Source: Phycisphaerales bacterium (GTDB lineage: Bacteria; Planctomycetota; Phycisphaerae; WQYP01). Taken from it: a stretch of 64,000 bases of DNA. The stretch covers positions 7,219 to 71,218 of the forward strand of contig WQYP01000003.1 of NCBI GenBank assembly GCA_009781185.1. Direction: 5' to 3'. Below are positions 37,629-47,346 of the stretch, one piece after another. Made by a program: the position numbers and the translations under genes. Every line of letters begins with the position of its first letter. Position 1 is the first letter of the stretch. The notes beneath the pieces are model-generated. The model was not told the DNA's origin. It searched no databases and was given only the letters and a program-made list of their open reading frames with translations.

Positions 37629-38588
37629 ATGAATGAGACGCTTGCGAAGGTGCCGGTGCTGGTGACGGGGGGCGCCGGTTTTATTGGCGGGCATCTGGTG
37701 CAGGCGCTGGTGGAGGCGAGAGCAAGGGTGCGGGTGCTGGATGATTTTTCGGCGGGGGCGGAGGGGAATTTGCCGGCGAATGGAGTTGAGGTTTTGCGGG
37801 GGGATGTTCGGAAGGTGAGTGATTGCGCGAAAGCGGCGGCGGGGTGTACGGTGGTGTTTCATTTGGCGGCGTTGGGGTCGGTGCCACGGTCGATGGAAGA
37901 ACCGGAGCTTTACAATGAGGTGAATGTGGGGGGGACGCTCAATGTGCTGGAGGCGGCGCGGGCGGCGGGGGTGAGGCGGATGGTGTATTCGGCAAGTTCG
38001 TCGGCGTATGGCGATACGCAGGTGTTGCCGAAGGTCGAGACGATGACGCCGATGCCGATGAGTCCGTATGCGATTACGAAGTTGGCGGGGGAGTATTACT
38101 GCCGGGTGTTTGCAAAGGTGCATGGGGTGGAGACGGTATCATTACGATATTTCAATGTGTTCGGCCCTCGGCAGAATCCGCGGTCGCAGTATGCGGCGGT
38201 GGTTCCGGCGTTTATCAGTGCGCTGCTGGAAAAACGACCTCCGACCATTTACGGCGATGGCGAACAGACACGGGATTTTTGCTTCGTGGCAAATGTGGTC
38301 AAGGCGAATCTGTTGGCGGCGGCTGCGACAAGGAAGTTCAGTGGGGAGGTGGTGAATATTGCGTGCGGGGAGCGGATTAGTTTGAATGCGATGCTGGCGA
38401 AGATGCAGGAGATTCTCGGGACGCGGATCGCTCCTGTTTATTTGGTGGCGCGAGCCGGTGATGTGCGGGATTCGTTGGCGGATATCAGGGCGGCGGGCGA
38501 ACTATTGGGATATGAGCCGGAAGTGTTGTTTGAGGAAGGGTTGAAGCAAACCGTGGCGGCGTACGTATCCAAGGCAAACGAGCGTTGA
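37629..38588 (+). CDS. NAD-dependent epimerase/dehydratase (extended SDR; GalE/WbpP-like nucleotide-sugar epimerase).
   Basis: VLVTGGAGFIGGHL Rossmann motif; catalytic YxxxK (PYAITKLAGEYY). Confidence 0.7.
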   Translation: MNETLAKVPVLVTGGAGFIGGHLVQALVEARARVRVLDDFSAGAEGNLPANGVEVLRGDVRKVSDCAKAAAGCTVVFHLAALGSVPRSMEEPELYNEVNVGGTLNVLEAARAAGVRRMVYSASSSAYGDTQVLPKVETMTPMPMSPYAITKLAGEYYCRVFAKVHGVETVSLRYFNVFGPRQNPRSQYAAVVPAFISALLEKRPPTIYGDGEQTRDFCFVANVVKANLLAAAATRKFSGEVVNIACGERISLNAMLAKMQEILGTRIAPVYLVARAGDVRDSLADIRAAGELLGYEPEVLFEEGLKQTVAAYVSKANER

Positions 38589-38672
38589 TCTTCGATCAAC
38601 GGCTAAACTGTCACCTCAACCACCCCACAAAGGGGGGTCGCTGCCGCGGGTATTGAGCTTTACAATAGGGGA

Positions 38673-39881
38673 ATGGATAAGGATGTTGTGGTGACGAACT
38701 TGGATGTACGGCCGTATGTGGAGACGCTCTTTGCAAGGGCGTTGGCGGAGGAGGCGTCGGATATTCATGTGGAGCCGACGGCAGATGGGGCGGAAGTGCG
38801 GTTGCGGGTGGATGGGCTGCTTCAGACGATTGATCGGATGACGGGGGAAATGGGGCGGAGTACGGTGTTGCGGCTGATGGTACTGGCACAGTTGTTGACG
38901 TATCGATTGGACATTCCGCAGGAAGGGCGGGTGACGTGGGAGGTGGGGCATCGGAGCCGCGACCGTGAGGGAGCGACGGGTGCCGATTCTGAGTCGCACG
39001 GTCGCTCCCTGACGGTCGCGGCTCTGAACTTCCCTGAGGAAATGGGAGGGAAGCGGATTGATTGTCGGTTAGCGATTATGCCCACGGCGCATGGGCTGCG
39101 GGCGGTGGTGCGGATGCCGGCGGATTTGGTGCAGCCCAAGTCGCTGGGAAGTTTGGCGTTGCCGGCGGCGGTGATGGGGGCGTTGGAGCGGTTTGCGAAG
39201 CACGACCAGGGAATGCTGCTGGTGACCGGACCGGCGGGGTCGGGCAAGACGACGACGATTTATGCATTGCTGGAGCATATCGCGGCGGGAACGGGGGGGG
39301 AGGCGAGCGGGTTGTCGATTATCAGTTTGGAGGATCCGGTGGAGCGGCTGTTGCCGGGGGTGACGCAGATCGAAGTGACGCCGCATGGGCAGTTGACGTA
39401 TGAGCGGGCGCTCAAGTCGATCTTGCGGCAGGATCCGCAGGTGCTGATGCTCGGGGAGATTCGGGATGTGGCGACGGCGTCGATCGCGGTGCAGGCGGCG
39501 TTGTCGGGACATCGGTTGATTGCGACGCTGCACGCCGGTGAACCGGCGATGGCGCTGGCGCGGCTGCTGGAGATGGGTATTGAACCTTATCAGTTGACCA
39601 GTAGTTTGTTTGGGATTTTGAGTCAGCGGCTGTTACGGAAGCGATCGTCAGCCTCCGCAAGCCGTTATCGTGGGCGGGTGCCGGTGGCGGAGTTCGCACA
39701 GCTTGATACGGACGTACGTGCGGCGGTCTTGCAACGAGCAGATGCAGATTCTTTGAAAAATAGATTTGCCCAACAATCCGGCTATGTTACGATGCGAACT
39801 GTAGCAGAAGATTTGGTGGCACGCGGTGTGACGGACGAGGAGGAAGTGCAACGGGTTCTGGGTTTAGTACAGCGATCGTGA
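38673..39881 (+). CDS. GspE/PilB-like secretion ATPase (short form lacking the N1 domain).
   Basis: Walker A GPAGSGKTTT; Asp/His boxes; …EGRV…RIDCRLAIMPTAHGLRAVVRM. The palindromic element is inserted in-frame at 38950-39028. Confidence 0.7.
   Translation: MDKDVVVTNLDVRPYVETLFARALAEEASDIHVEPTADGAEVRLRVDGLLQTIDRMTGEMGRSTVLRLMVLAQLLTYRLDIPQEGRVTWEVGHRSRDREGATGADSESHGRSLTVAALNFPEEMGGKRIDCRLAIMPTAHGLRAVVRMPADLVQPKSLGSLALPAAVMGALERFAKHDQGMLLVTGPAGSGKTTTIYALLEHIAAGTGGEASGLSIISLEDPVERLLPGVTQIEVTPHGQLTYERALKSILRQDPQVLMLGEIRDVATASIAVQAALSGHRLIATLHAGEPAMALARLLEMGIEPYQLTSSLFGILSQRLLRKRSSASASRYRGRVPVAEFAQLDTDVRAAVLQRADADSLKNRFAQQSGYVTMRTVAEDLVARGVTDEEEVQRVLGLVQRS
38950..39028. repeat. Palindromic element of the same family, in-frame in the gspE-like gene.
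   Basis: ggagccgcgaccgtgagggagcgac gggtgccgattctgagtcgcac ggtcgctccctgacggtcgcggctct, encoding …HRSRDREGATG…GRSLTVAA…. Confidence 0.8.
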
Positions 39882-39905
39882 GGGATCGCCCAGCGGCATG
39901 CAAGC

Positions 39906-41174
39906 ATGCCGGCTAAATATACGCATGGCGAGAGGTTTATGGTGAGTACTGCAGATACAGAAAAACCTTCATCGCGTCTGTCACAGTTTGCATACGAAGC
40001 GCAGAGTCCGCAGGGGCTGACGTTGCGTGGGACGTTGGAGGCCGAGTCGCTTGCGGCGGCGACGAGCCAGTTGCAATCGCTCTGGCTGCGGGTGTTATCC
40101 ATTCAGCACGTTCCCGAGCAGGCAGCGCCCAGGCGTCTGGGCGTTGATGATTTTGTGTTGTTTAATCAGCAGTTGGCGCATCTGACGCAGGCGGGTCTGC
40201 CGGTGGAACGGGGACTGCGATTGATCGCGGCGGACCTGCGATCCGGCAAACTCGCGGCCGCGGCGAACGCGGTGGCCGCAGACCTGGAACGAGGCCTGTC
40301 GCTGCAGGAAGCGTTCCATCAGCATGCAAACCAGTTTCCCGATCTGTATGCACGATTAGTGGATGCGGGGGTGAAAACAGGCAATTTGCCCGGGATGCTC
40401 TTCGCCATGGGCCGGCACCTGGAGCTGGTGAAACGCGTACGCTTCGCGCTCTGGCGTGTGTTGACGTATCCGGTGATGGCGCTGGTGGCGCTTGCTGCGG
40501 TGATGCTGTTCGTTTCGATGACCGTTTTGCCGCAGTTACGGGATATTTACCGTGAGTTCGGCGGCGACGACGCAAGGCTGCCGCTCGTGACGGAATGGAT
40601 ACTGGCGTTCGGGCGTTATTATCCGATGATACTGCTGGTGCTGGGGTGCATGGTGGTGGTGATCGCCGCGGTACTGCTGTTATTGCGGTCGTCCGGGCGA
40701 TGGGGCTATTTCAGCGATTACGTGCTGCTGCCAATGCCGGTCATTGGCCCGGTGTTGAAAGCGAGTTTGTTGGCGCGTTGGTGCGATGGGCTGCGGATCG
40801 GGGTGGCATCGGGTCTGGACTTACCGCAGGCCATCGCGCTGACGTCCGATGCGATGGCGTCGCCGAAGTTGCAGCAGGATGCCAGGCGACTGACCACTGT
40901 GATTGCAACGGGGCAGAAATTCGATCAGTTCCGCAGCCATCTGCTGCCGGCGACCGTGCCTGCGGCCATCGAGCTCTCCGGCCAAAGCGGCGACCTTGCC
41001 TCGACCCTGGCAATCATCACGCAAATGTACGAGCAGCAGGCGGAGCAGCGATTGAAAATGATACCCGTGATCTTAACGCCGGTGATGATGGTGGTGGTGG
41101 TCTGCGGGATCGGGTTGACGATCACCGCGTTGTTTATGCCGCTGGTTAAGATAATTACCAGCTTGACGTTCTGA
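39906..41174 (+). CDS. GspF/PilC-like inner-membrane platform protein (two T2SSF domains).
   Basis: Two T2SSF-like repeats (…FNQQLAHLTQAGLPVERGLRLIA… and …LARWCDGLRIGVASGLDLPQAIA…); 3 TM. Confidence 0.65.
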   Translation: MPAKYTHGERFMVSTADTEKPSSRLSQFAYEAQSPQGLTLRGTLEAESLAAATSQLQSLWLRVLSIQHVPEQAAPRRLGVDDFVLFNQQLAHLTQAGLPVERGLRLIAADLRSGKLAAAANAVAADLERGLSLQEAFHQHANQFPDLYARLVDAGVKTGNLPGMLFAMGRHLELVKRVRFALWRVLTYPVMALVALAAVMLFVSMTVLPQLRDIYREFGGDDARLPLVTEWILAFGRYYPMILLVLGCMVVVIAAVLLLLRSSGRWGYFSDYVLLPMPVIGPVLKASLLARWCDGLRIGVASGLDLPQAIALTSDAMASPKLQQDARRLTTVIATGQKFDQFRSHLLPATVPAAIELSGQSGDLASTLAIITQMYEQQAEQRLKMIPVILTPVMMVVVVCGIGLTITALFMPLVKIITSLTF

Positions 41175-41185
41175 GGAGGATTGTT

Positions 41186-42634
41186 TTGGTCCAGGACAGC
41201 CAAACGCCTCTGGAATACCAGACGCCAGTGCGGGTTGTGGCGTCCGACTTGCCGCTTTGGCAGCAGGCGCTGATGCTGCTGTTCGTGTGGGCACCGCTGG
41301 GGCTTGTTTTCGTGGCGATCGTGGGGGTGGTGATGGGAATGTCGTGCAGTTATATGGTGGGGCAGGTCGGGATGCCGATCGGGGTGCTGTTCTGTGCTTA
41401 CGCGATTTACCGGATGCAGCGTGCGCGGCGACGACGGCGGGCCATGGCGATCTTGTCATACGTGGAAACAGCGACGCGTCTCAATTTGTCGTTGAATGAA
41501 TACCTGCTGGCGGCGGAATTGAGCGAGCGCGGTGCGACGCGGGAAAGGTTAAGCGACCTGCGGCGACGGTTCATGAGCGGGGCCTCAATCTCCACAGCGT
41601 TATACGAAGCGGTGCCGGAGATGCCCGCTTCGATCATCGCCACCGCACGCGTCGGCGAATCGCTCGGACAGGTACAACCCACATTGCGGCGACTGGTCAA
41701 CGAGGTCGCCAGACCCACCCTTCCGCCCAATGAACGCATGCCGTTTTACTGGTTTTACGGCATCGGCTTGTGCGTGGCGGTCTTTAACCTCGCCGCATGG
41801 CTCATGGTGTACATCATGCCAAAGTTCAAGGAGATCTTCCGCGACTTCAGCTCCCGCGGCACCGGCGTGACCCTTCCACCGGCGACGGCAAACTTGATCG
41901 TTTTTTACGATCGCATGGGGGACATGGGAGTGGTGTTCTTAGTGATCGAGGCCGTGGTATTCCTGGGACTTGTCGGATGGCTGCTGGAGCGGGCGTTCAC
42001 GTTGCGGCGTGAATCGCAACGGCGTTTGGCGCTGATCGACAAAATGCTCTGGAACTTGCCGGTGCTGGGACGGCTGAATCGGGCAAGATCGATGAGCGAC
42101 ATTTGCAACGTGCTGGCGGAAAGCACGCGTGCAGGCATACCGCTGCCGCAGGCGCTGGAGCGTGCCGAGGATCTGAACATCAACAACGAAGCGAAGCGTC
42201 AGGTGAAGTTGTGGCAACAGGGCGTGACGTCCGGTCAATCGCCGGCGAAAGCGGCACAGGCGGCGAAAATGCCGGAACTGCTCGTCGGACTCATCAATCC
42301 CGCACAATCACAAAGCGGGCATGACGATCAGAGCCGCGACCGTGAAGGAGCGACAGGTGCTATGGAGGAGACGCTCAAGCGTGAACTCCGGGGTCGCTCC
42401 CTGACGGTCGCGGCTCAGAACCTGCATGCCGTCACCAACGTGTTTGAATTCCTGGCACGCTATTACCGCGGACAGTTCTCGCGGCTGATGATCACGCTGC
42501 AAGCCGCAAGCGAGCCGCTCCTGGTCATCGCCCTGGGCATCATGGTGGCGTGGATGACCATGACGGTGATCTCGCCGGTCGCGGCGCTGGTGCAAGCGAT
42601 CATCAAGGTATACTGGGGAGGGGACGTCTTATGA
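41186..42634 (+). CDS. Second GspF/PilC-like platform protein paralog.
   Basis: T2SSF-like repeats. The palindromic element is inserted in-frame at 42328-42418. Confidence 0.55.
   Translation: MVQDSQTPLEYQTPVRVVASDLPLWQQALMLLFVWAPLGLVFVAIVGVVMGMSCSYMVGQVGMPIGVLFCAYAIYRMQRARRRRRAMAILSYVETATRLNLSLNEYLLAAELSERGATRERLSDLRRRFMSGASISTALYEAVPEMPASIIATARVGESLGQVQPTLRRLVNEVARPTLPPNERMPFYWFYGIGLCVAVFNLAAWLMVYIMPKFKEIFRDFSSRGTGVTLPPATANLIVFYDRMGDMGVVFLVIEAVVFLGLVGWLLERAFTLRRESQRRLALIDKMLWNLPVLGRLNRARSMSDICNVLAESTRAGIPLPQALERAEDLNINNEAKRQVKLWQQGVTSGQSPAKAAQAAKMPELLVGLINPAQSQSGHDDQSRDREGATGAMEETLKRELRGRSLTVAAQNLHAVTNVFEFLARYYRGQFSRLMITLQAASEPLLVIALGIMVAWMTMTVISPVAALVQAIIKVYWGGDVL
42328..42418. repeat. 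Palindromic element of the same family, in-frame in the second gspF-like gene.
   Basis: agagccgcgaccgtgaaggagcgac …35-nt loop… ggtcgctccctgacggtcgcggctca, encoding …QSRDREGATG…GRSLTVAA…. Confidence 0.8.
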
Positions 42635-43032
42635 CGATGCGAAATGAGAGACGAGCGGTGCGGCGGAGCCGCGGGTTTTTCGCCATGGAAGCGGCCTGGT
42701 CGCTGGGGCTGGCGCTGCTGCTGTTGATGATCATGACCGTGATGGTCATGCAGCAGAATAAGGCGGAAATGAAGTTATCACTGATTCGCAGCGCCTCACG
42801 GGCGACGGAAACGGCACTGCTGGAATTGAAGGCGGGCAAGCCTTTGCCTGCGGGCTTTCAACTCGAAAAACTGCCGGATAAGGCGCCGCAAGGCTATGCA
42901 TGGGTTCGCGTGACCGGGCAATCCAACGGCAACGAGCGAACGGAAAAAGTATACCGTGAACGATGCTCGCTGGTGGGACTGACACCTTCCGAGCCGCGAC
43001 CGTCAGGGAGCGACCCCGGAGGTGCGCGATGA
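42631..43032 (+). CDS. Small membrane protein in the pilus/secretion cluster; possible minor pseudopilin or assembly component.
   Basis: ATGA overlap with the upstream gene. RGFFAMEAAWSLGLALLLL hydrophobic N-terminus. Its C-terminal 30 nt are a half palindromic element. Confidence 0.35.
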   Translation: MTMRNERRAVRRSRGFFAMEAAWSLGLALLLLMIMTVMVMQQNKAEMKLSLIRSASRATETALLELKAGKPLPAGFQLEKLPDKAPQGYAWVRVTGQSNGNERTEKVYRERCSLVGLTPSEPRPSGSDPGGAR

Positions 43033-43514
43033 AAACGACCGCGAAATATCGCCAAGCACACGGCTACATTCTCACGGAAATGCTCATCGCGGTGGCGATT
43101 ATGGGAGTACTGGCAGTGCTGGTGGGCGATCTGTTCATGATCTCGTTCGGATCGATGCGGAAAGCGAGTTCGCGTGATAATCTTCTGTATCGCATGGACG
43201 CGGCAATCGGATCGCTGCGACGCGACACATGGGCGGCAGAAAAAATCAGCATGGACGCTGCAAACCACGTCGATCTGAAGATGCCGTCAGGGGAGCAGGT
43301 ATCGTGGCGGATGTCGGAGAAGGGCGTTCTCTCTCGCACGCTGCAGCGGAAAGGCGAGGCGGCACAGAATCAGACATGGCCGGAATTGCCGGAGATACGG
43401 TTTTTGCTTTCGTCGGACGGAGCGCTGCTGGAACTCAGCGTGCGTTCCGCCCCCGGCCAGGACGAATCGCTCACGCTGGTAAGTCAATCGATGCTGCAGG
43501 GGAGGAAGCGATGA
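43029..43514 (+). CDS. Type IV pilin/pseudopilin-like protein.
   Basis: Prepilin N-terminus …AHGYILTEMLIAVAIMGVLAV (G-Y/F-T-L-x-E motif). Confidence 0.6.
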   Translation: MKTTAKYRQAHGYILTEMLIAVAIMGVLAVLVGDLFMISFGSMRKASSRDNLLYRMDAAIGSLRRDTWAAEKISMDAANHVDLKMPSGEQVSWRMSEKGVLSRTLQRKGEAAQNQTWPELPEIRFLLSSDGALLELSVRSAPGQDESLTLVSQSMLQGRKR

Positions 43515-43951
43515 AGATCTGGTACCGCGACCGTCAGGGATCGCGTGGATTCACGCTGATTGCGGTGATTTTCATGTTCATCGTGATAGCCGCAGCGGTG
43601 GCGGCGATGACGGTCCTCTTCGCAACGGAAAATCGTCGGACGATCGGAACGCATTCAGGCACACAACTCCGGCAATTGCTCCTCGCCAGTGCGCCAGCAG
43701 CGGAAGAGGAACTGAAGTTGCACGGATCTGCCGCAAGAGAATGGACGCTTCCCACTCCCCTACCGGAAGCAAAGGTAACACTGACGTTCAAGCCCGTCAG
43801 CGAAGGAAAAGCAGACGTCCGCATCGACGTCAAAATGGGCAGATCGTCCGCATCGCAGACGCTTCGCTACATCCATAGCGGCCAGTCCTGGGCGCTGGAA
43901 TCCGCAACGTTGCACGCCGACGGCTCCCGCATCAGCACTTCGAACCCATGA
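43511..43951 (+). CDS. Pseudopilin-like protein.
   Basis: …SRGFTLIAVIFMFIVIAAAV prepilin-like N-terminus; 4-bp overlap with the upstream gene. Confidence 0.5.
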   Translation: MKIWYRDRQGSRGFTLIAVIFMFIVIAAAVAAMTVLFATENRRTIGTHSGTQLRQLLLASAPAAEEELKLHGSAAREWTLPTPLPEAKVTLTFKPVSEGKADVRIDVKMGRSSASQTLRYIHSGQSWALESATLHADGSRISTSNP

Positions 43952-43992
43952 AAGCCACCCGAAAAATAAAACCATCCGGCGTGCCCGTTTTT

Positions 43993-44150
43993 CTGGGCAA
44001 GGGGTGTGATCATCTTTTGTGGCAAATGGCGAAAATGGTTGAAAATCAGAGCCGCGAGCGTAAGCTCGCGCAGTGGTGATCACAATCGCACGGCGCGAGC
44101 TTACGCTCGCGGCTCTGATTTGCCACAAAAGATGGCCACACCCTGGGCAA
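43993..44150. repeat. Large nested palindrome (~65-bp arms); MITE/REP-like intergenic element.
   Basis: ctgggcaagg…catcttttgtggcaaat…cagagccgcgagcgtaagctcgcg // cgcgagcttacgctcgcggctctgatttgccacaaaagatgg…cttgcccag. The core shares the cagagccgcga start with the CDS-inserted palindrome family. Confidence 0.7.
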
Positions 44151-44213
44151 GCCATTTTGATTCGTTTTTTTATTTTTTATGAAATATATGGTACCTTTGC
44201 TGTTTGATCTTTT

Positions 44214-44888
44214 ATGCGAAATATGAACAGTATGAGGGATCGTCGGCGTATGCACAGATGGAAGCACAATCGTAGTAAGCCGGTGATCGGGATTACCGGA
44301 GGGATTGGATCGGGGAAGTCGACTGTTGCGCAGATGTTTGCGTCGCAAGGGTGTGCGGTGATCGATTCGGATCGACTGGCGCACGAGGTGTTGCAGTCGC
44401 GGGAGGTGAAGGAGGAGTTGCTGGCGTGGCTGGGACAGGAGGTTTTCAATGCGGATGGGTCGGTGAATCGGCGAGAGGTGGCAAAGCGTGTGTTTGCGGA
44501 TGCGTCGCAGACAGAGAGGCTTAATGGGTTGATTCATCCGCGAGTGGATCGGCGGCGACGGGAACTGATGGAGGGGTATCTGGCGGATGATGGGGGGGGG
44601 GGGGTGGGGGCAGTGGGGTGGGGTGTGCCGTTACTTTTTGGGGTAGGGTTGAATCGCGAATGCGATGCGGTGATTTTTGTGGATGTACCGCGGCCCATAA
44701 GGTTGCGGCGGCTGCGGGAAAACCGCGGGTGGACGGCGGAAGAACTGGATCGGCGAGAAAAATTACAATTTCCACTGGACAAGAAGGCGCAATTAGCAGA
44801 TTATTGTATGGATAATAGCTCTGATCAGGCCTCCACCCTTCGCCTGGTTCAGCAGGTTCTTTCCCAGATACTAGCTCCGTCGGTTTGA
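44214..44888 (+). CDS. coaE: Dephospho-CoA kinase.
   Basis: [15 protein letters not shown]-loop; …VPLLF…; contains an in-frame G13 tract (…[12 protein letters not shown]…). Confidence 0.7.
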   Translation: MRNMNSMRDRRRMHRWKHNRSKPVIGITGGIGSGKSTVAQMFASQGCAVIDSDRLAHEVLQSREVKEELLAWLGQEVFNADGSVNRREVAKRVFADASQTERLNGLIHPRVDRRRRELMEGYLADDGGGGVGAVGWGVPLLFGVGLNRECDAVIFVDVPRPIRLRRLRENRGWTAEELDRREKLQFPLDKKAQLADYCMDNSSDQASTLRLVQQVLSQILAPSV

Positions 44889-45000
44889 GTCATTGGTTCT
44901 CAGCCAAGCTGTCTTTTACCTTCGCGGAGCGCGACAGGAAACAGACTCATCAAGCTTCATCTCTCACACATCTCGACAATCATTCGGAGGACAACCGTCT

Positions 45001-46704
45001 ATGGCACGTGTCACACGCACCCGTAAACATCACTCGCAACATCGTTCCCCATCCGCGGAGACCACTCCCGAGACAGCGGCAGTTGAGGGTGCCGCTCCTG
45101 AGGAAGTAGAGCAGACCGCAACCGCGGTGGAGGCAGTGGTGGAACAGCCCGCGGAACAATCCGCTCCTGTGGCCACTGTTGTGGAGCCACCGACGCCTGC
45201 CCCGCCCCCCCCACCTGCCCCGGCTGTTGCTGAACCGGTTGTCGAGCAGCCTGCGTCTCAGCCCAAGCCGTCGATGCCTGTTCCGGCGCCTGCCGAGCCG
45301 CAGCGGAAGCCGAACAATAAGATTGTTGGTCAGCCGCAGGGGGAGGTGATGATCGGCAAGGCGATGAATGCGGCCGGCATGCAGGATGACGATATTGATG
45401 AAGCCTACGACGAAGCGACGCATCAGAAATATGAGCAGGTCAAACGCGCGGAACTGCATCTGGTGGACCTGCAGCGGATGACGGCGGCGGAGTTGCACGA
45501 GGTCTGCAAGAAAGAGGGGATCGAGGATTACATCGGGCTCAAGAAGCAGGATTTGATCTTCAAGGTGCTCAAGAAGCGGATTCAAGATAATGGGTTGATG
45601 GTGGGGGAGGGGGTGTTGGAGATATTGCCGGATGGGTTCGGGTTTTTGCGGTCGCCGGAGTACAACTATTTGCCGTGCCCGGATGATATTTATGTCTCGC
45701 CGTCGCAGATTCGGCGGTTTGGGTTGAAGTCCGGTTGTATCTTGACGGGGCAGATTCGACCGCCGAAGGAGAATGAGAAGTATTTTGCGCTGCTGCGGGT
45801 GGAGGCGATTAATTTTGAGGAGCCGTCGCTGTTGACGGAGAAGGTGAACTTTGAGGATTTGACGCCGCTGCATCCGACGAAGCGGCTGATTTTGGAGACG
45901 GATCCCCGCGAAGTGAATATGCGGATCGTGGATATCGTTACGCCGATCGGGAAGGGGCAGCGGATGTTGATCGTGGCTCCACCGCGGACGGGGAAGACGG
46001 TGCTTTTGCAGAAGATGGCGAATGCGATTTCGCATAACCATCCTGAGTGTTATTTGATGATTCTGCTGATCGACGAGCGGCCGGAAGAAGTGACGGAAAT
46101 GCAGCGGTCGACGAAGGCGGAAGTGGTGAGCTCGACGTTTGATGAACCGGCGTCGCGGCATGTGCAGGTCGCGGAAATGGTCATTGAGAAGGCCAAGCGG
46201 CTCGTGGAGTACGGGCGGGATGTCGTGATTCTGCTGGATTCGATTACGCGTCTGGCACGTGCGTACAACACGGAAGTACCACACTCGGGCAAGATCTTGA
46301 CCGGCGGCGTGGATGCTAACGCATTGCAGAAGCCCAAACGATTCTTCGGCGCTGCACGCAACATCGAAGAAGGCGGATCGCTGACGATCATCGGAACGGC
46401 ATTGGTGGACACCGGCTCGAAAATGGATGAAGTCATCTTCGAAGAATTCAAAGGCACCGGCAATTCCGAGCTCCACCTCGATCGCCGCCTAGTGGAACGA
46501 CGCACCTATCCCGCGATCAACATCGCCATGAGCGGCACACGTAAGGAAGAGTTGCTGCTGGATCCGAAGGAGTTGGAACTGGTGTATCGTCTGCGGAAGG
46601 TGCTTTCGGATATGAATCCGATCGAGGCGATGGAGTTGCTCAAAGGGCGGCTCGAGAAGAAAGGCACGAATCGCGAATTCCTGCTGACAATGAATTTGGC
46701 GTAA
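45001..46704 (+). CDS. rho: Transcription termination factor Rho with an N-terminal low-complexity extension.
   Basis: …[35 protein letters not shown]… RNA-binding domain; Walker A …[17 protein letters not shown] 13 nt upstream of the ATG at 45001 (the ORF is open from 44893). Confidence 0.85.
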   Translation: MARVTRTRKHHSQHRSPSAETTPETAAVEGAAPEEVEQTATAVEAVVEQPAEQSAPVATVVEPPTPAPPPPPAPAVAEPVVEQPASQPKPSMPVPAPAEPQRKPNNKIVGQPQGEVMIGKAMNAAGMQDDDIDEAYDEATHQKYEQVKRAELHLVDLQRMTAAELHEVCKKEGIEDYIGLKKQDLIFKVLKKRIQDNGLMVGEGVLEILPDGFGFLRSPEYNYLPCPDDIYVSPSQIRRFGLKSGCILTGQIRPPKENEKYFALLRVEAINFEEPSLLTEKVNFEDLTPLHPTKRLILETDPREVNMRIVDIVTPIGKGQRMLIVAPPRTGKTVLLQKMANAISHNHPECYLMILLIDERPEEVTEMQRSTKAEVVSSTFDEPASRHVQVAEMVIEKAKRLVEYGRDVVILLDSITRLARAYNTEVPHSGKILTGGVDANALQKPKRFFGAARNIEEGGSLTIIGTALVDTGSKMDEVIFEEFKGTGNSELHLDRRLVERRTYPAINIAMSGTRKEELLLDPKELELVYRLRKVLSDMNPIEAMELLKGRLEKKGTNREFLLTMNLA

Positions 46705-46724
46705 TACGCGGGTAAAATAACGGC

Positions 46725-47288
46725 ATGAAGACTCCGATTGCGAAAATTTCGGCAGAGCAGTTTCACCACATCGAGGTGCCGGGAGGGATACGGTTGGAAT
46801 TGGTTGATGGAGAATTGATAGTGAGTCCAAGCCCAAGGTCGCATCATTCCCGTGTTGTCATCCATTTGATTGGGATTCTACACGCACACATTGAGGCGCA
46901 TAATCTGGGCCAGTTGTTTACAGAGTTGGACACGGAGTTCAGCTCGTTTGACGTGCGGCGGCCGGACCTGATGTTCGTTACGAAGGAACAATTGAAAAAA
47001 ATGGATCCAGACAGTGCCGCGAGTTCAGGCGATGTGGAACTTGCGGTGGAAGTGATCAGTCCCAGCTCGGAACGTACCGATCGGAAGATCAAATTTCAGC
47101 AGTACGCCAAGGCGGGGATTCGTTACTATTGGATCGTTGATCCGCAGTGCCGGACATTCGAGGCGTATGAGCTTGCGGGGGAATCCTACTGTTTGCAATT
47201 GAAGGCGGATGGCGATGCGGTGGTGCGGGCGAAGCCGTTCACGGAGTTGGCGATTCCGCTGCAGAAGCTCTGGTGGAGAGAGCGGTGA
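46725..47288 (+). CDS. Uma2-family (DUF820) putative restriction-endonuclease-like protein.
   Basis: …LELVDGELIVSPSPRSHHSRVV…FDVRRPDLMFV…AVEVISPSS…YAKAGIRYYWIVDP matches Uma2. Confidence 0.65.
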   Translation: MKTPIAKISAEQFHHIEVPGGIRLELVDGELIVSPSPRSHHSRVVIHLIGILHAHIEAHNLGQLFTELDTEFSSFDVRRPDLMFVTKEQLKKMDPDSAASSGDVELAVEVISPSSERTDRKIKFQQYAKAGIRYYWIVDPQCRTFEAYELAGESYCLQLKADGDAVVRAKPFTELAIPLQKLWWRER

Positions 47289-47346
47289 CAAGGTGAATGG
47301 GTGAGGGGGTGACAAGATTCATTCGCGGTAAAGCGTGAACTCCGGG

